Part shown: positions 13,001 to 28,000 of the stretch, piece after piece
Layout: the number at the start of each line of letters is the position of its first letter
How positions within the stretch are numbered: position 1 is the stretch's first letter
Assembly: GCA_002633005.1 (NCBI GenBank)
Contig: NMRA01000510.1
Location: 125,438 to 189,437, forward strand
Direction of reading: 5' to 3'
Source: Phoronis australis
Lineage: Eukaryota; Animalia; Phoronida
Length of the DNA stretch: 64,000 nucleotides
Translations under genes and position numbers: made by a program
Notes under the pieces: model-generated
Told to the model about the DNA's origin: nothing
Seen by the model: only the letters and a program-made list of their open reading frames with translations
Database searches by the model: none

Positions 13001-16000
13001 AATAATGGTACAACTCATGATGGTCCTATTGAGAAGGCTCCAGTAATGCACGGTCCAAGTCAATTTTTGATTGTGGTCTCATAACTCAAGTTCTCATTTA
13101 CCAATGAACTCCGGAGTTTGATCAGGTGTAAGTTTATCCGATCAATGCGCACATTAAGTGAAGGTAGTTCATACTTTCCAGAATGTATTTTGTTGCGCAG
13201 GAGTTTAATATTGCTCACAAACTGCCAAGAAAATGCTATAGAAAAACAATTTTAATCATGACGTGCAAAAGTAACTTATTGACACTGTGTCACTATGTTT
13301 GTCAAGCAGGAAGTGGATACCTGCCTTAAGAACCAGGAAAACAGTTTTGAGGTGCAAAAATAAGAAATAGGAACGTAATAGATGAGAAAAAACTAATTTG
13401 TGCAAATGAAAACCTTGCAGTGAAAGAAAGGGTTATAATGAGAAATTAATTATCTGACCCTCCATTCAAACTAAATGGTCAAAACCATTAAGAAATAAAG
13501 ATAAGTGATTAGTAAAATTAAAAATTAAGAAAAAAGAAAACTTAATGTGAACATACAGCAGGCTTAGGAAAGACATTCGCTTGTTGAGGTTGTTTAATGG
13601 CCGCTGTGCTGTCAACAACCTGCAATGAACAAGTGCTCACTGAATGGAGTAAAAGGATGTGACAGCACAACACAGAGAAGAGTAGAAGTTTGGAAGAGAA
13701 AGGTTAGTCACAAGATACACATACAATGGAAAAATAAGCAGAAATGTTACAAATTTGGTGTCAGTGCCTTAGGAAAAAGTGGTTTATTTAAAACTTCAAC
13801 AAGAAGTGATAACTTCCTGGTAATATATGAGCTGGTCAGATGAATATGAATGTGTAATGGAAAAATAACTTCATTTTGGAAAATAGTTCATATTAAGATG
13901 ATCACTAAGCAACCGATTTATTTGAAACTCAATGATGCTCTGTTAATGTGAAATCATTTTTGCGAAATAAACAAAATTCAATACGCACTCTTTGTTGAAT
14001 TTCTGCCGGTGCTCCAAAAAAGGCAGGGGAAGTTGAAGAGCACTGAACTTTTTATAAACTTCAGAAAACTCCGACACAATAATAAGTACAATTACAAGCA
14101 GATGTTCATTTCAGTGACGTGTTAGATGAAACCGATGCCGTGCTGTAAATTCAAGAAAACAACACTAGGATTTTTCACACAATGACACCTTGTTTATAAG
14201 TAAACTCTTATTAATAGTTTCATCAGTTGTATATCAATTGTAACATGTGAAAGCCAATAATTTACTTCAATTCTCAGATGAAAATGATAAATTGATGACA
14301 GAACATGTTTGATTTAAAGCTTAACTTCAAAAGAATTTTGTTATTTAGATGTATTGGGCTAACCAGATAGTCCTAGCAAAGCCTTAGTAAAATAAGAGAA
14401 CGAGAGTTCAATCACGCAAATGTAAACCCGTCAAATGATAGGTGAAGCTGCCTTTTCATGCCATGTTGCCTCACCGTGAGATCCCAGCACAAACAAAAGG
14501 TTGCATTGAGTAGGAGCCTGAATAGAACACCATTGCTTTGGGGTGTTATTCACATCTGTTTGAATTAAAAGGAGATCCTCACGATGATGTAGACAAAAGC
14601 AAGCCAATACGAGTAACAGTTCATTACATTTGGAAATTTCTGGCACTAGTGGGCTCAGAGCCATGCTCTTAACATATTGTAGGAACCAAATTTACAGGTG
14701 TTACTGTTGAAGATAGGCTTTAACCCTACTTCAAAAGTTTTCTCTCATGGAAAACAACAGTTGGTCTCTATTTTAGGTCAGAGTGTGTGAAAAGTAGAGA
14801 ATAGGTTAATAGGGAATAAAACATTTTAAAGACACTCTTTTCTCTATCTACTTCAGTACAATAATTCTCAACAATAGACAGACATCAAAATACTGAGCAA
14901 TATTCACAAATTCCACATCATGTATTTAATATATTCTTCCTCATCAAATTTCCAAGCAAAGTCAAGTTCAGTAGCAGCCACTTTGTTAATGCACCACCAG
15001 AAATCATAAAATTAAAACTGTAAATTCCACAGTACATTCCGTTTATTTCCAAAACTTTTGATGTCTCATCAAAAGAGCATCAGAAAGCCATGATAAAAAT
15101 TGGTGTGCACCTATTCTCTTTCTATATAGTTTTTCACTAAAATGAACCAGATAGAGTACATGAAGATTTGAAGCAACAGCTCTCTAACAGAATAAACTAA
15201 AGACTACAAAGAAGATACAAACAAACAAACTAACAAACAAACAAACACACATACAGCGGGTTTGGGAGCTGGAGCAGGTCTAGACGGAGCTTGCCTTGGA
15301 CCTGGCTTTTTGTCATCATCCTAGAACATAAAACACACAGCACTGACCAAAAGAGCTCATGAGCCTGCACACACAAGAAATAAAATGACCGCTGTGAGAA
15401 ATGCATAAGCGAGTTGCCAAATGAACAATGATAGAGCTGTACAATATCAATGCGATAGAATAAACCACACACAGCACCAGATTTGAAATGTAATCTCCAC
15501 TTAATGTAAAGGTGTGTTCTAATTAAAATTCACATCACCTGCAATTATTCTGTTAAAAATTACAGCCGGTGCACTAACCAACATACATATCAAACTGAAA
15601 TTAAACAAAGAAATGTTGGAAGTGACAACCATGACTGCATTGACAAAGATTGACAATACTTACATCTTCATTAGAGTTGAGTGAAGACACCAAATTCTTC
15701 CATCCCTCTTCACGTGCTTTGTTCATTCGTGCAACCTGAAAATGAAAGTTATGGAATAATAACAGGGACATGGCAGAGCGTTGATATGCACCCACCGTGT
15801 GCGTCACCTACAGCACAGATAGAGAAGACAATGATCATTAAAACATTCCCGCAATAATAATAGCCTCTAAGGGGTGCAAAGCGAGTCAGACATGCTCACC
15901 TTAATAGGAACAAATCTGCCATCATTCATCACTATTCTTCAAGAATATGGCCACTAGGTGACATATAAAATGTTGAATCCATCCGAAAATGGAACGGTGT

Positions 16001-19000
16001 TATCGTTTCTTCAATAGTGTACCTGCACGCCATGTTTCATGACAATCCGTCGAGGAAGTCGGAAGATACAAAGAAAAAGGTAGAACAAAACTAAAATTGC
16101 CATTTGGGGGCAAAACTGTCAACAGATCTGTCCAAAAGTCGTCACCATTCATAGACACGTGCCTAGAAATACAGCAGACAAATTTCACCAAGATCCTGTA
16201 AGAGGTTTAGGAGATACAGCTGTGGATGAGATAAAAACAAAACTGCCACTAGGGGATGCCACAGTAGTCAGAACCATCCAAAATCTTCATCAGCTGTGGT
16301 CTTCAAAGCAGTAACACGCAGCTTTCATAATACTCTTTAGAGTAGTTTGTCTGATGGACAAAATAATAAAAAGGACCACTAGGTGGTATACAATATGTCA
16401 GAGCTACTCAAAAAATAAAAGGTGTCATCATCACTATAATCAAAACCAAATTCCATGAACAACAGTCAAGGCACCATGGAGATACAGAGGAAAAAGTAAA
16501 GAAATAATAAAAGTTACCACTAGGGACATAATGGTAGTCGCATCTGTGTAAAAGTCGTCGCCATCTGTAGCCACTTTCATAGGAATACACTTGCCAAGTT
16601 TAACAAAAGTTATGCAAGGCATTCATAAGATACAGCCGTGGATGCAAAAAACACAACTGCCACTAGGAGGCAGAACAAGTCAGAACTGTCCTCTCTCCAG
16701 TATGAACACATCAATCAATTTTCACAAATGTTTGGCCGATAGAGATGCGGACACCACAAAACAGTAAAAACATCCAATGGAAGGTGCGGAAAACATCCAA
16801 TCCATCCAAAAATGAGGGGCACATGAAAATATACCCAGGACCTTTGAAGATACAGACTGAGGTAAATGTAAAAATAAAAATTACTGCTATCCGTCTGAAA
16901 ATTCGCTCATGCTGCAAAATTTCCCGAACACCCATCATGAAATTTTGGAGATAAAGTAGCCTACGCTGTATGGAGATAATGGCATAATGCATTCATACAT
17001 AAATATACAGGTGTGTAACAATAACACATCAGACATAGATATTAACTGACCTTTAGCCATATTATAATCATTTGCCTAAACATAAACTGAGCTAAGTGCA
17101 ACGTCTTGGTAATTTTACTAATGTCCTAGGGAGTGAAATGTAATTAACACTGTAAAATAATTGAAGATTTGCCAGACGTACAGTGCAAAAGTCAGAAATT
17201 ACACTTTTCAAGTATAAACTTAAACTTTAGTTCATAAAATAAGAATTATATTCGGAGCCAAATGTGACTAACCAATGCAAACATGTGAGCCTTCACATTG
17301 ATATCTCATGCTAAAGAGTGTTCAAGAAACAACCTTACCCTTTGTTTCTCAATGAGATCTCTATGTTGACGGGCGTAGTCAGCCTTTCTTTGCTTTTCAC
17401 GTTCTACCAACTCTTGACGTCGTTTGTTTACATCCTAGGCAATACAACAAGTAACTTGTACAATAGTTGTACTGAGAGCCATTACTGATGTTTGCATCCT
17501 AGGCAATACAAAAAATAACTTGTACAATAGTTGTACTAAGAGCCACTACTGATGTTGACAACCTGGGCAATTCAACAAATAACTGTTGTACTAACTGAGA
17601 GCCATTGCTGACCAAAGTGGCCGTTAGCAATTGTACAAAAAAAAATTAAAGATATTTACGAAAGTTTTGATTGCTAAGTTCATATTTACACATATACGGT
17701 AAAATCTTGTCTGGCGCTAGCTGTGGAACAGAACTTAAAAGAAAGAGTAGCATGAATTTGATGTGACAAGCCATTCATAAAAAAATTTCACTTTTTCCAA
17801 ACTGGATGATACCAAGTACAGGCCTGAGACATTTTCAGAGGTAAATGACAGGAAAGCAGAAAACAAAATGTTGTCACGTTGCAAGTCTGTCGTCATCAAT
17901 ATAACAGTGTTTAAACATTATCAAGATAAAAACAATGTTCAACATGCAGTAGACTGAATCATTACACAACTACAACAGTGGGAATTTGATGCAGTGAGCC
18001 GTGGATACGATAATGATAAATTTGAGGTAGTCTATTCACAGTCCGTGTATATTAAAGCTGGCTGTGTCCACTGGGACAGTGTGTTCTGGTCATCACATGG
18101 TATCATCATTCTGGGGTTATCAGGTCTGGCTTAAGCCAGTAAATTTGATTACACAAACTTACTATCACTGCCCTGGTGGTCCAATAAAAGGGCGATAAAA
18201 CAGATTCATAAATGTAAACACATTTGAAAGCAGCAGACAATGTGTTTTAGTAACATTTGAACAAGAATTCAAATCTAACCAACCCTGAGCTGAATTTTCC
18301 TAATGTTTCCTCAAACAACAAAGCCAGTTGCATGCTCGTATCACCACTTACGTCATTCCTCTGATAGTTCAGGGCCCCGGCTACACCACCTACAGCGGGA
18401 ACAACCCCACCACCAGGTTTCTTCTTGTCTGCAGAACTCCTGTACAATATTGGAATATGCTGAATCATTAAATAACTCAAACACACACACACACACACAC
18501 GCACACACACACACACATATCTAAAGCGAGTCACCGGATGTGTTCTGAGTAGAAACGATAATTCAACTGCTTTCACTAAAACCAGTGAACTTGAACAAAG
18601 AGCATGAAAGAAATGTCCAGGAAATGGAAACTGACATTTCATAGGTGTTAGTAAGTGATTTATTCACTATAATTAGGATGGGTACCTTTGACAGCTACAA
18701 ACACATTAAACGAACACACATGCACGCGCGCATGTTGGTTTAAACAAAATGCAAAGACAAGAGAAAAAAGAAACAAAAACTATAATTCAACATGTAATGC
18801 ATGTTATGGGCAGAACAAGGACATTTTGCATAGTGATTGTTTAATATACCATGATTTTGAAAGGGTACTTTGACATGCCATCAAGACAAAGGTAGAACTA
18901 AAACTCAGGCACATTCACACTTTCAGAATGACAACAACAGTGAAATTGACGCCAGAAAAATCTATGATCATGATTGTGATTACAATGAAAGTCAATACCA

Positions 19001-22000
19001 AGGTGACTATTGAATAACAGAGTCCCACCTGTTTTCTTTATCACCACTCTTTCTCACTCCCACTGCTGGCTTGCCGTACACACTAGCTGGATTATACTTC
19101 TTGGATGGAGCAGAGATGGGACGTTTGGCAGCAGCAACTGGAGCAGGCTTGGCTATGAACAGCACACAAACGACACTGTTAATCAATTACACAATACGAG
19201 AAGTTCATAGTTTTGCTTTAGTTTTTGCTGACACATAAAACACAGTAATTCAGAACAAAAGACGTCTTGGCAAGAACTAGGGATGTACTGTAGTCAGTGA
19301 CATAAAATAACCCGTAGGTAAACAAGGTTTAAAATTCAACGTGCCACTGGAACAATGAATATAATTTTAGTGTGACGGGAGGTAAAGTTTAATTGCAGGT
19401 CTGCCGTGGGGTGCACATAATTGTTGAAGTTCTTGGCGATACCCTCCCGTCCTTAAGGCTTTATGTACACACACTTGGGGATAACCATTGTAAAATTGAA
19501 AGTTTCCCGTTGTCAGATTGTTAGCTGTACTTATCTTAAACTTCAAGTTAAAAGTTATTCATTTCAAAATATTAATGATAGTTCTACACACAACCGACAG
19601 GTGTCAGGACATACCAAATGGCTGCCTTCCTCCTGCTGGCCCTAGAGGGAGCTGCTTGTGGATCTTGTGACCGTGCATCACAGTATGGCTAAACTCACTC
19701 TGTAATTCCTGTGAATGAATAACTACCAGTGATATTGTATGCATAGCAGTCAAGCCACTTTTTGACATTCAAAGCATTGTACGTTCCATGATTGCTGTTT
19801 GATGACTTCGTAATCAAATAAAAAATAAATTCAGCATAGTTATGAGGCTCAACTGTAGATTTGCAAGATAAGACCTGGGCCCGGTCTCCAATCTTTTTAC
19901 TCGAAATGGAACTCGAAATAAGGTTTGGCATTTTCTACTCTACTTTTGGGTGAACTCAAGATAAGTGTCTTTTATTCTATGCTCAAGTACACAATAACTT
20001 ACGTAGATAATTTATTGCCCTTAGTTCACAGTTTGTAAACCCAATATTAAAGCAATAAGTTCGAGTTTGAACTCAAAATTTCGAGTTTTTACTCGAGTTA
20101 GTAGCACGAATATAAGTGTCTTCAAGGGTAAACTTGAACTAGAAACTCCTATGCATAAACTTTTATGTATTCGAGCACAGTCTGATAACCAATTATCTTA
20201 AGTTCGCACGAAAGGAGCAGAGAAATTGCCAAAAATAGTTTCGAGTCCGTTTCGAGTACAAAGATTAGAGATCGGGCCCAGGTTGGTAAATGATGTCTCA
20301 ATCAATGTAGAAATGTGGAGAGACATGAACAGCATTTTATTTATGAACTTCAGGATGAGAGAAAAGATAGTTACAAATTTTCATACCTCAGCCAATGAAC
20401 ATGTCAATATTGCAAAAAAAAACATTTTGTTTACTTCCAAGACACCAGATTTATTCAAGATGGCGTTTTGTGAAGCAAGCAGACACAGCAACAGTTTTAT
20501 GAAAAAAAAATGCTGGAACCACATCTGAATAACATACCTCAGCTCTCCTTATTCTGGACGCAAAATTAGATTAAAACATCGACTAACCGTCTCTGACAAA
20601 AACTTCTGTATCCGTCTCTGTATGAAGGGTTTCTTAAGCACTGTGCTTATGGATGGTCTATCCCTAAAATGGACATTGCACTAATTTCAGAAATCAATAA
20701 CATTACACAGTGTAAAGTAAATGACTTATAATATCAAACAATAGGTAAGCAACATACTCAGACACTATAACTGTGGTGAATGGCCTTCAGTATGGTGCAG
20801 TAAAGATTGGTTAAGATTAGATATAATCACTGAGGCAAAAAATGGAGGAAAATATTGCACACAAAACAAATGGAATGATAAAAATAATTTTTTGACAATG
20901 TTAACTTTAGAGGGGACCTCAATTAACCGAAATATAGTTTTCCAACTTTAATCAAGGGTTGACAAGGTAGGCTCATAATTGTCCTTTGGAGGAGCTATCG
21001 AGTAATTGATTTTAAATTTCTTATAATCCGGTTACTAATAAGTCACATACGAGTATACTTCAGTACTGATTACTTCGGACCACAGAATGAACACGACACA
21101 TCACAGTTACCTGGGATTTCTCTTGAAGAGTTGACCTACTAACATTCTCAGTTCGTAGCTATACTTTGGTGCTACAGGAGGATATGAACCTCTGGAATTG
21201 AAGAAGAAAAATTATTCATATACAGCACATTTAGTAAAGTCTGACCAACACTGTTTGCTGAACAAAGCATAACAAATGAGCCTTTCTGCGTGAGGGGTCC
21301 AAACTCGTTTGAGCCATCCACAGAACTGACGTGAGCTAAATGCATCAGTCCAAACTGGCCAACCTCAAAGTAAGATGAAATAAAAATGTTAAGCCAAAAG
21401 TAGCACCAATGAGCTCCATTCTCACCTCTGGACAAGCACAGAAAGCAATTTATCTTATTTCAAAACTCCATTTGTCGTGACCATGGCAAAATTACAACGA
21501 AATATTTGACACTCACCATTGTGTGAAATGGGATGTCCAATGGTAATAGTCATATTACCTTATAATACATAGGTCTCCATATTCCTTCAACACTGGCAGA
21601 TGACATTTGGGTCTAAAAGTTTCAGTTGGCCTATTTTTCTATTATTTTCTGACATGAAAAAATTTACTACTCCATTGTTGACATAAATAAAACTGCAGCT
21701 TAAATTTTCAAAATGTTGTATCCATGAACCCAAGTATTTACAGACTTGCACTTCATTTCAGCAAAAGTGATAACCAAGGATAAAATTTCTTGAAAAACAG
21801 TTGATTTTGTATTGAACCATTTTCACATGTTTCAATATCAGAGACAGGTTGTTTGCACAATCAAACTTTCATATTAAGTGTCTGTAATTGGCAGATTCTG
21901 CCAACTTCTCAAATCAAACTTGGAATTTACAAAAAGCAATTTTATATTTGATAGTAAATTATGTAGAAACCAGTAAACAATTGAAAAATGTTAAAACGTG

Positions 22001-25000
22001 GGAGAAGAGATGGTAGTTCTGAACTGATGCCGCAAACGCAACCAGCATCTCATAAGTTACATCCCATGGCTTCTTCAGTGTCTCGCATAATAGAGGACCA
22101 GGCTTTACACAAAATGGAAAACAGACAATTCAGGTTTGGAACTGGTTTCTCTGTTCTTGAAAACCAAAAACCAGGACTGTAATTATGTATTAATTGTTAT
22201 CATCATCACCATCACCATCACCATAATCATCATTATTATATTATTATTATTACTATTACAAATATTACTACTCCTACTTACTAAATGTATACATATGCAG
22301 TAATACTGAACAGGGTATGAAAGTCAGCAACTATGAAGTCGCGAACTGACCTGATAATCTTTAAGACTAGATTCTTCATGTTTCCAGCTTCAAACTGAAA
22401 TAAAACAGCAACAAACAAAATGAAAGCACTCCTGATGTTGACACTTACTTGAGTAGCCAACATTAAAGTGGGATGACCATTCACCACGCAATTATAATAG
22501 GAATCTCTGGCCACCAATGTAGGAGCACAGAGATTATATTGCAAATAAGCCCCAGAAACTATCTTTAAGAGTCAGAGCTGAAATTTTCAATAATTTGTAG
22601 GGATTTGAAAAGTAAAGAGGGAAAAACTAGGACTTCGCAAGACCCAGAACATTTTCACATGACAAATAATGGCCATATGGATAGCTTTAAAAATTAAAGC
22701 CTTTCATACTATCATTTTCAGATGACAAGAAGAAACAGCTATGAGGACTTTCTGTTGAGAACTTCTGTTTGTCTATGTTTACAGTTACCATAGGAATATA
22801 TACACTTTGAGGCTTTTCTTCAGTCACCATAAAATATATACACTGTGAGGCTTCCCTCCAGAACTTGATGGAAATCCATTTTGAAGTTAATGATACTTAC
22901 TGCATGCTTCAGTGTCGCAAGCTCATATAGAACACAGCCAAGAGACCAAATATCACTGGAACAGGAAAGGCATTCAAAATTAACACTGAGACGGTCTTAA
23001 AAATCATTTTCACAGAGCTGTCTGTCACTCAATATCCACCTTAACTGATGCATAACTGATGACATGTTGATGGGTGAAAATGAATACAGGTGAATGGGAC
23101 AAACACCTTAGTGTCCTAATTTGACACGAGCAAAATGCTTACAGCTTCACTGATAAGTAGCACAGAAATGATGACATCAATGGTGGCTGTTTACAAGTAC
23201 CCATAGCGCAGTTTTATAGACAAGAAAAAGATAGATACTCCTATCTGGAGACAACTGGTGTCTAAACCCATTTTTAACAATCAAGACTAGCTTATGAGAG
23301 TCTAGTTACAGAAAAACATATTGATATGTGTGCCAGTAACTTTTACCACCTATCATAAGAATGGTAGACATATCAATTCCAATAATTCAAATTTTTATGC
23401 GACTGGAAGCACTTAAAAATTCTCTGCTACATAAAGACGCACACACGGAAACCTCCATGCAGCTAAAAAAACCATAAGTGGAAACACATTTCAGTAAAAA
23501 TTTGCAGTTTTGAAAAACACAACAGCTCTTTGATGTCGATACTTGAGTGAACTCTAGAAAATTATGCCAAAATGTGAGAAAAGCAGGATGAACCATTATA
23601 GAACAGCAATAATTAATAAGAAATTGGATATAAAAACTAAGAGATTGTTGGCAGAAAATTAAAGGAGTTTAGAATCTACAAAAAATCCTTGCTTGAAAAC
23701 GTTCCAGATTTTTTTTCAAAATGACTTTGTCATGTTGTCCACATACCTCTTGTTGTTGTAAGGCCTATTCTCACAGATCTCGGGTGAAAGGTAATACGGT
23801 GTACCTATGCAAGTCCTAGCCAGTTCCACTGTACTGTTAAGCACCTTCGCAATGCCAAAGTCACCCAGTTTGACAATGCCCGACCGGGTCAGAAAAATAT
23901 TCTGAAATTAGATCTATATTGATGACTCACAGTTTTAGTTCTGCTTGCCCTCTCAGAGGAAAAGTTCAGTATAAGCGGTAACGTTCAGTATGAGAGGTAA
24001 AGTTCAGTATAAGAGTTGACAGATCAGAATACAATATCTAGTCATGTATTTTTACATAACTATAAGTCAATACTAAAAAACTTCTAAGTCACACTGAGAA
24101 CAAACGATGACAACACGTTTTCTGCATACTCTCAGCCCTCTTTTCTTGGCAAAGAGAAAACGTTTCTCAGCATTCAACTATTCTCAAAGTGTTTTGCTCC
24201 AAGCATTAAGTGTTCATCACCATGGTAACCAAACATTTTATTTGATTGATGAGACTGCTCACCATTCCAAATGTGCACACTAGATAAAACAATAACTGAG
24301 AGAATTGATAAAAACTTCAAATGCGCTATGATCCACATTTTTACCTGTGACTTTATGTCTCTGTGCAGGATTTTCCGGTCGTGAATGTGTTTGATTGAAA
24401 GACATAACTGAACAAACCAGTCCATAATCTGTTCTTCAGGAAATAGAATACCTCTTTGAGCACTGATTTTTGAGTACAGATCACCTGAAGTAGAAACAGT
24501 ACACACAGGGTCATGCATGGAATTTCAAATACCCTAGATGCAAACTACGCCTTTCTTTTCCTACTTATTCACTAATAACACCAACATACACTTTTAAAAC
24601 ATAAAAAGAGACATGTATAGGTTAATTTACTTTGTTTGAAATTCAACTTTACAATGGGCAGCAGCAAGTTGAAATCAACATTTTTGACAACATTTCACCA
24701 TATTGGGAATCCTTTTTTGATATTCATTAAAATGCAAAGAAGCTCAAGTATTGCACTAAATGTAAAGTGTTTTACCCTATACGCGTGATAGTATGGCCAT
24801 GAAATACGGGTTGTATTGTATGGTGAGATATGGAAGAACTACTTTTCCGTATTTAGTGAGCATTCAATAGGGATTTTCCCCGTATTCAACAAGCATTGAT
24901 TTACACGTGGTGAAAATCTCCATTAAATTCTGGACAACTTTTAAGTTGGCTTCTTCTCTATGAAATTAACATTGCCCCTTAAAATTTTCAATTTAAAACT

Positions 25001-28000
25001 GTTAGGTCATTAGTCTGGGTAACCTTCATAACAGACCAGTGTATGTAGCAGTAGCAGTGACCTACTTAGCTCAGCACACAAGGAAATAAATATGTTATAC
25101 AATGTAGGTGTTGGTACCAAGTGTGTCATTATATCTCGCCCTCGGTTCAAATACATACGTTGTATAACACACACACGCACGCACGCACGCACGCACGCAC
25201 ACACACATATATATTCTTAACAGACAAATGTGTGGGAAAAGTTCAAAATTGTCACAACCACTTGAAAATCTTGGAACTTGAGGCTATATTTGGTACTAAA
25301 ATTTGAACTTGAATTTGGCAAGTGAGGTTCTATCTAAAGTCGCACCCAGCAACCTGAGGTCACATGAGCAATTTGCATATGTCAAATACATACCGCCATC
25401 ACAGAAATCCATTACTATGTACAAGTTAGTGAGCTCTTCAAACGACTCTCGATAAGCGACTACATTGGGGTGTTGTAACTGGGCTAATACAGCTACCTCC
25501 TTTCTGGATTCCTCACGCTCTTTGCGGCCCATCTGAAACAAATATGGTACCTTATTTAGGGATGTCAGAATATTTCATAGTTTAACAAGCATCAATTTTT
25601 TCCTTTTACAACAACTTAATACAGCTTTGAAACAGAAAATTATTTTCATGATATTTAAGGGGTGCTATTTTTGTCTTTGCTTTTTACAATTCGATTTTGT
25701 GCTGCAAATTCCACCCGTACAACACTGTGTGGGCGTTGCCATAGATTTCCTCTTCTAAGCTACCGCAGTTACCCAAACAGAAACTATAGGCTGCTACAGA
25801 CGTTCCCATTTTCTAAAACACATTTTTGGTGAAATCTTTAAGGATAACTTGCTCGTGGATTTTGGCTATCCCCTCAGACCATTGTCAGTCTTTAAGGTAG
25901 GTGTATACACTGATCAAATCTCCAGGTTCCTAAGTAAAATGAGTAAAAAGGGGGTTTTAACTAGTTAGACCTGACTCTGAAAGTGACAAAAATCTAAAAA
26001 AAGTTTCTTTTGTAGTTCGTTTTTTTAAAAAATCGTATTTTTTAATTTTCAAAAAATCCAATTTTACCTCGAATTTTTTTTCAAAATGCACAGGGATCAT
26101 CATCAACTGTTTCCTTACGCAATATTCTACTTATCCATACCAAATATATGTACAAAATCATTATGATCTTGATTTTGTGGCATTTTTTGTTTGCGAGTTG
26201 GGGCAAGCACGCCACTTTTTGTCATTTGGTCACTTTCCGTCTAATAACTAAAAATCTGGTCCATTTATCAAAAAACCCTGGCACGCGATTTTACTTCAGT
26301 CCTAGAGGATTTCAAATTTGCAACTTTCGTAAAAATTGACTCACGTGTTGTGGAAAAATAGGCCCGAGAATCTTGTCACTATCCTGAAATCACGAGCCGA
26401 GAAAAACGGCTTTGAAGTTAAGCGGTCCATCGATTGCCACTTGAGATCAAATTTCGTTCAGAATGCGCGGTCATTATGTTCCAATTTTTGTTGAAGTACT
26501 AGAAATAAAGCTGATACTTACTTCTTGTTTAGAAAATGTGACATACCTGTTTGTTTACAGCGCAATTTTAATCATTTTTTCGAAATTGTGAAGCACGACA
26601 GACGACCAAAACAAGTATGGCTGTCACGTGGGTGGAGCTTAGCGTTGATCTATTGTCTGCTGTACTGGTGTGCCGACCACACATTAAAACCATGTGTTGA
26701 TTGTTTATACGATTCATCTGAACTCTCCACTCAGTATAGTAAAAGACACTCTATATGACACAGACCTATTTGTTAGTATTCCAATATTATCATCAACCAA
26801 TATATGTGTTATATCAAATCGCCGCGTTACTGTCTATTGGCGACGAGGATAAAGAACTACTTTCATAGTAATGGTTCAACATTTTTACGTGCCTGTACCG
26901 AATGGACTTTGGGGTAAGAAAATATCACTTTCTGCGCAAATAGGTTCGCTTGGGTGAGATTCTCAAGTTACTAAAGTTTCTTATATTGCTTTCCTCTAGA
27001 ATCGTATAATATCATGAGTTTTAATTCAGGGTTACGTTTGAATCTATGCACTAGAAAATTTTTGTTATTTTGAACACTGGGTCATTTCTTTGGGTTACGG
27101 CCAGTGGCAAGTTAAAAAATCCTCTTGGTTTGACAGCCTAGTTTCTCCACGGCGCGTTCCCAGCTCAGAAGCACGGTTTATCTGCGAAGACTCTACTCTG
27201 ACGGCATGTAGTTGTTAATATGTCGCGCGCGCGGCTTGTCTTCACAGCGCGTGCATGCACTCTCACCGAATCGTGCAACACCACCCACGTCGACACTCAG
27301 CGTCCTCTCGCAAGACACCTGACCTTATATTACCGACTTCTCTTATACTTGCACAATTTCTGCACTGACTCCTCAAGCTGAGTGCAGTGATGGCTTCGGT
27401 AGGACTTGGCGTACTTTGCAGATACACAAACAGGCTCAGGCTCGGAACAGGAGCTAGTTCACCATTTCACTACCAACTTTCACATGGTCAAAATAGAATT
27501 ATTTTATTCTTGGTCTTGCTACAACACCAATATCAGCTGGTACAGCACTCTCGATTGCCCGGTTACGCAATGCTTGTTGACAGGGTTAGATTAGAGCTAG
27601 TGTCCTTGTATATAAGCTCCGCCCCAGTTGTCAATCACTGAGCTGGTGAGCACTCAAGCCATACGACTTACTGAAGCTTGGTCAAATATAGCTAAAAAAA
27701 CAACTTTGGATTTTCAGAATGATTTTATTTTTCTTCAGTATACTGTGCATCAAGAATTAAAGATTAGGATGACATAAAAATGTAAAAAACAGTCAAAAAT
27801 TTTTTTTTTGTGTATCCACCTACCTTAAGGATTTATCTCATAGTGCAAAACATTAATGACATCAATGTCATATGAAAACACTAAGATTCATCAATACGTA
27901 TTTTGCTTTTTTTGATTTTCTTTAGTAACTTCAACAGAATTCCACACTATGATTCATACATTTAAAAATTTGAAAGTTTAGTGGTCCCCTCCACTTTATC

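Noticed and set aside
14475-14517. Possible extra NEK1 exon (cag|...|gtgag)
   Set aside because: At 43 nt it breaks the frame between phase-0 neighbours.
20538-20553. Possible 16-nt NEK1 microexon (cag|...|gtatg)
   Set aside because: It would need a ~34-nt intron and would shift the frame. Extending exon 8 to this donor hits a TAA.
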